Of a DNA stretch of 37,170 nucleotides, positions 35,044 through 37,170 are shown piece after piece. The stretch's first letter is position 1, and every line of letters starts with the position of its first letter. A model generated the notes under the pieces. That model made no database searches and was not told the DNA's origin. It saw only the letters and a program-made list of their open reading frames with translations. Where the stretch lies: IMG/VR virus record IMGVR_UViG_3300019872_000010, positions 1 to 37,170 of that record; one strand, given 5' to 3'. The stretch comes from a virus (Duplodnaviria > Caudoviricetes). Made by a program: the position numbers and the translations under genes.

Positions 35044-35264
35044 GGCTGGCCGCTGTCAACATGACTTCCGGATTTGGAATGCTGGATAATGTTGAGCCCG
35101 AAGGCGTTGAGTGCGTTTACCTTGCTCAGCGCCTTTTGGAAATATGCCGGGGGAGTGAGAGGCTTGGCCTTCAGGGATTGGATATCAAGGCATTCACTCC
35201 CCATGAATTCGAATTGATGAACTACTTTTCTTCTCAAATAAATCGGTTTGCTCAAAAAGGATGA
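35037..35264 (+). CDS. Frameshift extension of the tail chaperone (gpT analogue); fusion about 173 aa
   Basis: -1 frame reads ALRLAAVNMTSGFG... into the track ORF 35061-35264. Confidence 0.8.
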   Translation, partial: ALRLAAVNMTSGFGMLDNVEPEGVECVYLAQRLLEICRGSERLGLQGLDIKAFTPHEFELMNYFSSQINRFAQKG

Positions 35265-35271
35265 AAATCCC

Positions 35272-37170
35272 GTGGCTGATGCTGATCTAAATATAAATAT
35301 CAAGACCACGCCGGCCGATCCTTTGGGAAAGGTTAACGCCAAGCTCAAGGAAACTGATAAAGAAGTCGAAAAACTTGAGGGCAGTTTTGCCAAACTGGCC
35401 AATGGGAGCATTTCAAGCATCGCCAAGATCGGCGGTGCTTTGGTCGGTCTGTCCGCTTTGAAAGAAGGCTTTGGTTTCATCCTCGATTCCACTCGGGAAA
35501 TGGAGGATCTGACCACTCAGTTCATCGCCTTTACAGGATCAGCTGAAAGTGCAGCTGCACAACTCGAAAAGCTATCTCAGTTCGCGTCGGAATCACCCTT
35601 TCAGTTGGCCGAGATCGCCAATGCAAATAGAACTTTGCTGGCCTTTGGATCCTCGACCGGCAAATCCCTTGAGCAACTAAGACAGCTGTCTGAAGTCGCG
35701 GCCGCCACAGGGACAAGCCTTTCCGAACTGGCCACAATATTTGGTCAGGTTCAAGCCGCCGGAAAACTCACCGGTGAACGCTTCAATCAGCTTGTGGAGC
35801 GTGGCGTTAACATCGGGCCAGTCCTGGCTAAATCCCTTGGCGTGGCCGAATCATCCCTGGAAAAGCTTCGGAGCGAAGGCAAAATAAGCGCTGATGAGGT
35901 CGCCAAGGCATTCGAGAAAATGACTTCGGCCGGCGGCCAGTTCTTCGGCTCGACCGAACGTCTTTCCAAAACGGTCAGCGGATCACTCAGCACTCTATCC
36001 GACAATTTCAAGATCCTGGCATCAACTATAGGCACCAGCGGAGTGCCAGCCTTCAGTGCATTGGTCAATATCATTTCCAAGGCCGTGGAAGGCAATATCG
36101 CCTATCTCAAAGAGCAACAAAAGATTGCCAATGAGAATGGAGCACAAAAGCGGATCCGGGCCATCGGTGTGGAAGTTGAAAAGCTGACCGGGAATCTGAA
36201 TGATCTCAAGGAACAGCAAGCCGGCGGGTTCGGATTCCTTCATGATGATGCGCTTAAGGTGGCCAGTGATATTGATATTGTCACGACTGCCCTCGATAAG
36301 CTGAAGCTTGAAAGGCTTAAGCTTGTTAAGGGCGAGGGCATGGCCGAATCCCTCAAGATGGATCAGGAAGCCGCCGAGAAGGCCAAAAAGATCGCCGAAA
36401 AGGCGGCTGAGGATTCACGCGCGGCCAGATTAGAGAGAATCCAGGCCGAACAGGAGATTGTTCGCAAGGCCAATGAGGATTTCATTACCAAGGTCATCGA
36501 CCTTGAAAAGCAAATCTCGACCATCCGCGAACAGGAATCGGTCGCAAGGAATCTGAGGATCCAGGCCCAGGAGCAAGGCAAAAGCGCGGAAATGATCCAG
36601 GCCGCAATCGATCGGGAGAATGAAATAACCTCCCAGCTTGCGGTCACTGAAGCTTCCCGGCAGGAGTTGCTTCAGCAATTCGCTGATGCTGAAGTCATTC
36701 GAGCCGCCGACACCCAGAAAAAGCTGGTCGATGCCAGAAAGAAGAGTGATGCAGAGCGGCTCAATCAGATCAAAAAGGCCAAGGCCGATGAATTCAACAT
36801 TGAAAAACAAACATCACAGGCCCAAAAGCAGTTCGACGAACAGACATATGCTCAAAAAGTCCAGACAGCCAACGCCGGACTGACCGCTCTTTCATCGCTA
36901 TTGACCGCGAAGAACCGACAAGCCTTCGAGCTAGGCAAAGCCGCGGCTATCGCTCAGGCGGGCATTGCTATACCGCTGACTGCAATCGAAGCCTATAAGT
37001 CCCTGGCAGGCATTCCCCTTGTCGGTCCTGCACTCGGGATCGCGGCGGCGGCGGCGGCCACGGCGACCGGTCTTTCCAATATAGAGCGCATCCGCTCAAC
37101 CAAGTTCACCGGATTCTCAGAGGGCGGCGTTGTCCCTGGGGTTGGAAACAAGGACACCGTTCCCGCGCTA
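35272..37170 (+). CDS. Tape measure protein, N-terminal 633 codons (about 753 aa with 136-498); not in ORF track
   Basis: AAGGA 10 nt before GTG; FTGSAESA...FASESPFQL...IFGQVQAAGKLTGERFNQLVERGV TMP motif; no stop before the window end. Confidence 0.95.
   Translation, partial: MADADLNINIKTTPADPLGKVNAKLKETDKEVEKLEGSFAKLANGSISSIAKIGGALVGLSALKEGFGFILDSTREMEDLTTQFIAFTGSAESAAAQLEKLSQFASESPFQLAEIANANRTLLAFGSSTGKSLEQLRQLSEVAAATGTSLSELATIFGQVQAAGKLTGERFNQLVERGVNIGPVLAKSLGVAESSLEKLRSEGKISADEVAKAFEKMTSAGGQFFGSTERLSKTVSGSLSTLSDNFKILASTIGTSGVPAFSALVNIISKAVEGNIAYLKEQQKIANENGAQKRIRAIGVEVEKLTGNLNDLKEQQAGGFGFLHDDALKVASDIDIVTTALDKLKLERLKLVKGEGMAESLKMDQEAAEKAKKIAEKAAEDSRAARLERIQAEQEIVRKANEDFITKVIDLEKQISTIREQESVARNLRIQAQEQGKSAEMIQAAIDRENEITSQLAVTEASRQELLQQFADAEVIRAADTQKKLVDARKKSDAERLNQIKKAKADEFNIEKQTSQAQKQFDEQTYAQKVQTANAGLTALSSLLTAKNRQAFELGKAAAIAQAGIAIPLTAIEAYKSLAGIPLVGPALGIAAAAAATATGLSNIERIRSTKFTGFSEGGVVPGVGNKDTVPAL
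37033..37170 (+). repeat. Right copy of terminal direct repeat
   Basis: 138 bp matching 1-135 plus one extra GCG. Confidence 0.97.

Larger units (their letters stand above)
1..37170. mobile_element. Complete or near-complete tailed phage genome (siphovirus-like), circular assembly
   Basis: Terminase-portal-scaffold-capsid-neck-tail tube-chaperone-tape measure-tail tip-fibre order; no sheath gene seen; terminal direct repeat; tape-measure frame continuous across the ends. Confidence 0.95.

Noticed and set aside
1-37170. Alternative genetic code, tRNA genes or introns
   Set aside because: Core genes are intact under the standard code, all three stops are used at coupled junctions, and no cloverleaf or interrupted core gene was seen

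Overview
The window is an apparently complete, circularly assembled genome (about 37.0 kb) of a long-tailed, siphovirus-like dsDNA phage. Bases 1-135 repeat bases 37033-37170, and the tape-measure gene reads through that join. Gene order: tail-tip and fibre genes (499-7639); an accessory and lysis block (7644-12780); a leftward early operon with an Xis-like HTH, an SSAP-like protein, Gp157 and a Rep-like wHTH (12910-17968); a divergent control/origin region (about 17970-18660); a rightward operon of small genes (18667-23023); an island of envelope-targeted genes (23145-25679); and the packaging, head, neck and tail module (25686-37170), including a -1 frameshifted tail chaperone. I could not recognise an integrase, DNA polymerase, primase, helicase, tRNA or CRISPR array. 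The stand-out observation is four exported cell-envelope genes flanking the holin-like/endolysin pair: two CxxCH lipoproteins (489 and 111 aa), a YceI-family protein, and a probable outer-membrane beta-barrel with an N-terminal CxxCH. Together they suggest a phage-borne c-type heme module. Other signals: a probable anti-SD sRNA facing a 38-codon antisense ORF, small genes missed by the ORF track, a GATC-free fibre segment, palindromic origin-like repeats, and an internally deleted HAD phosphatase. All family assignments come from motif recognition by eye; no searches were run.
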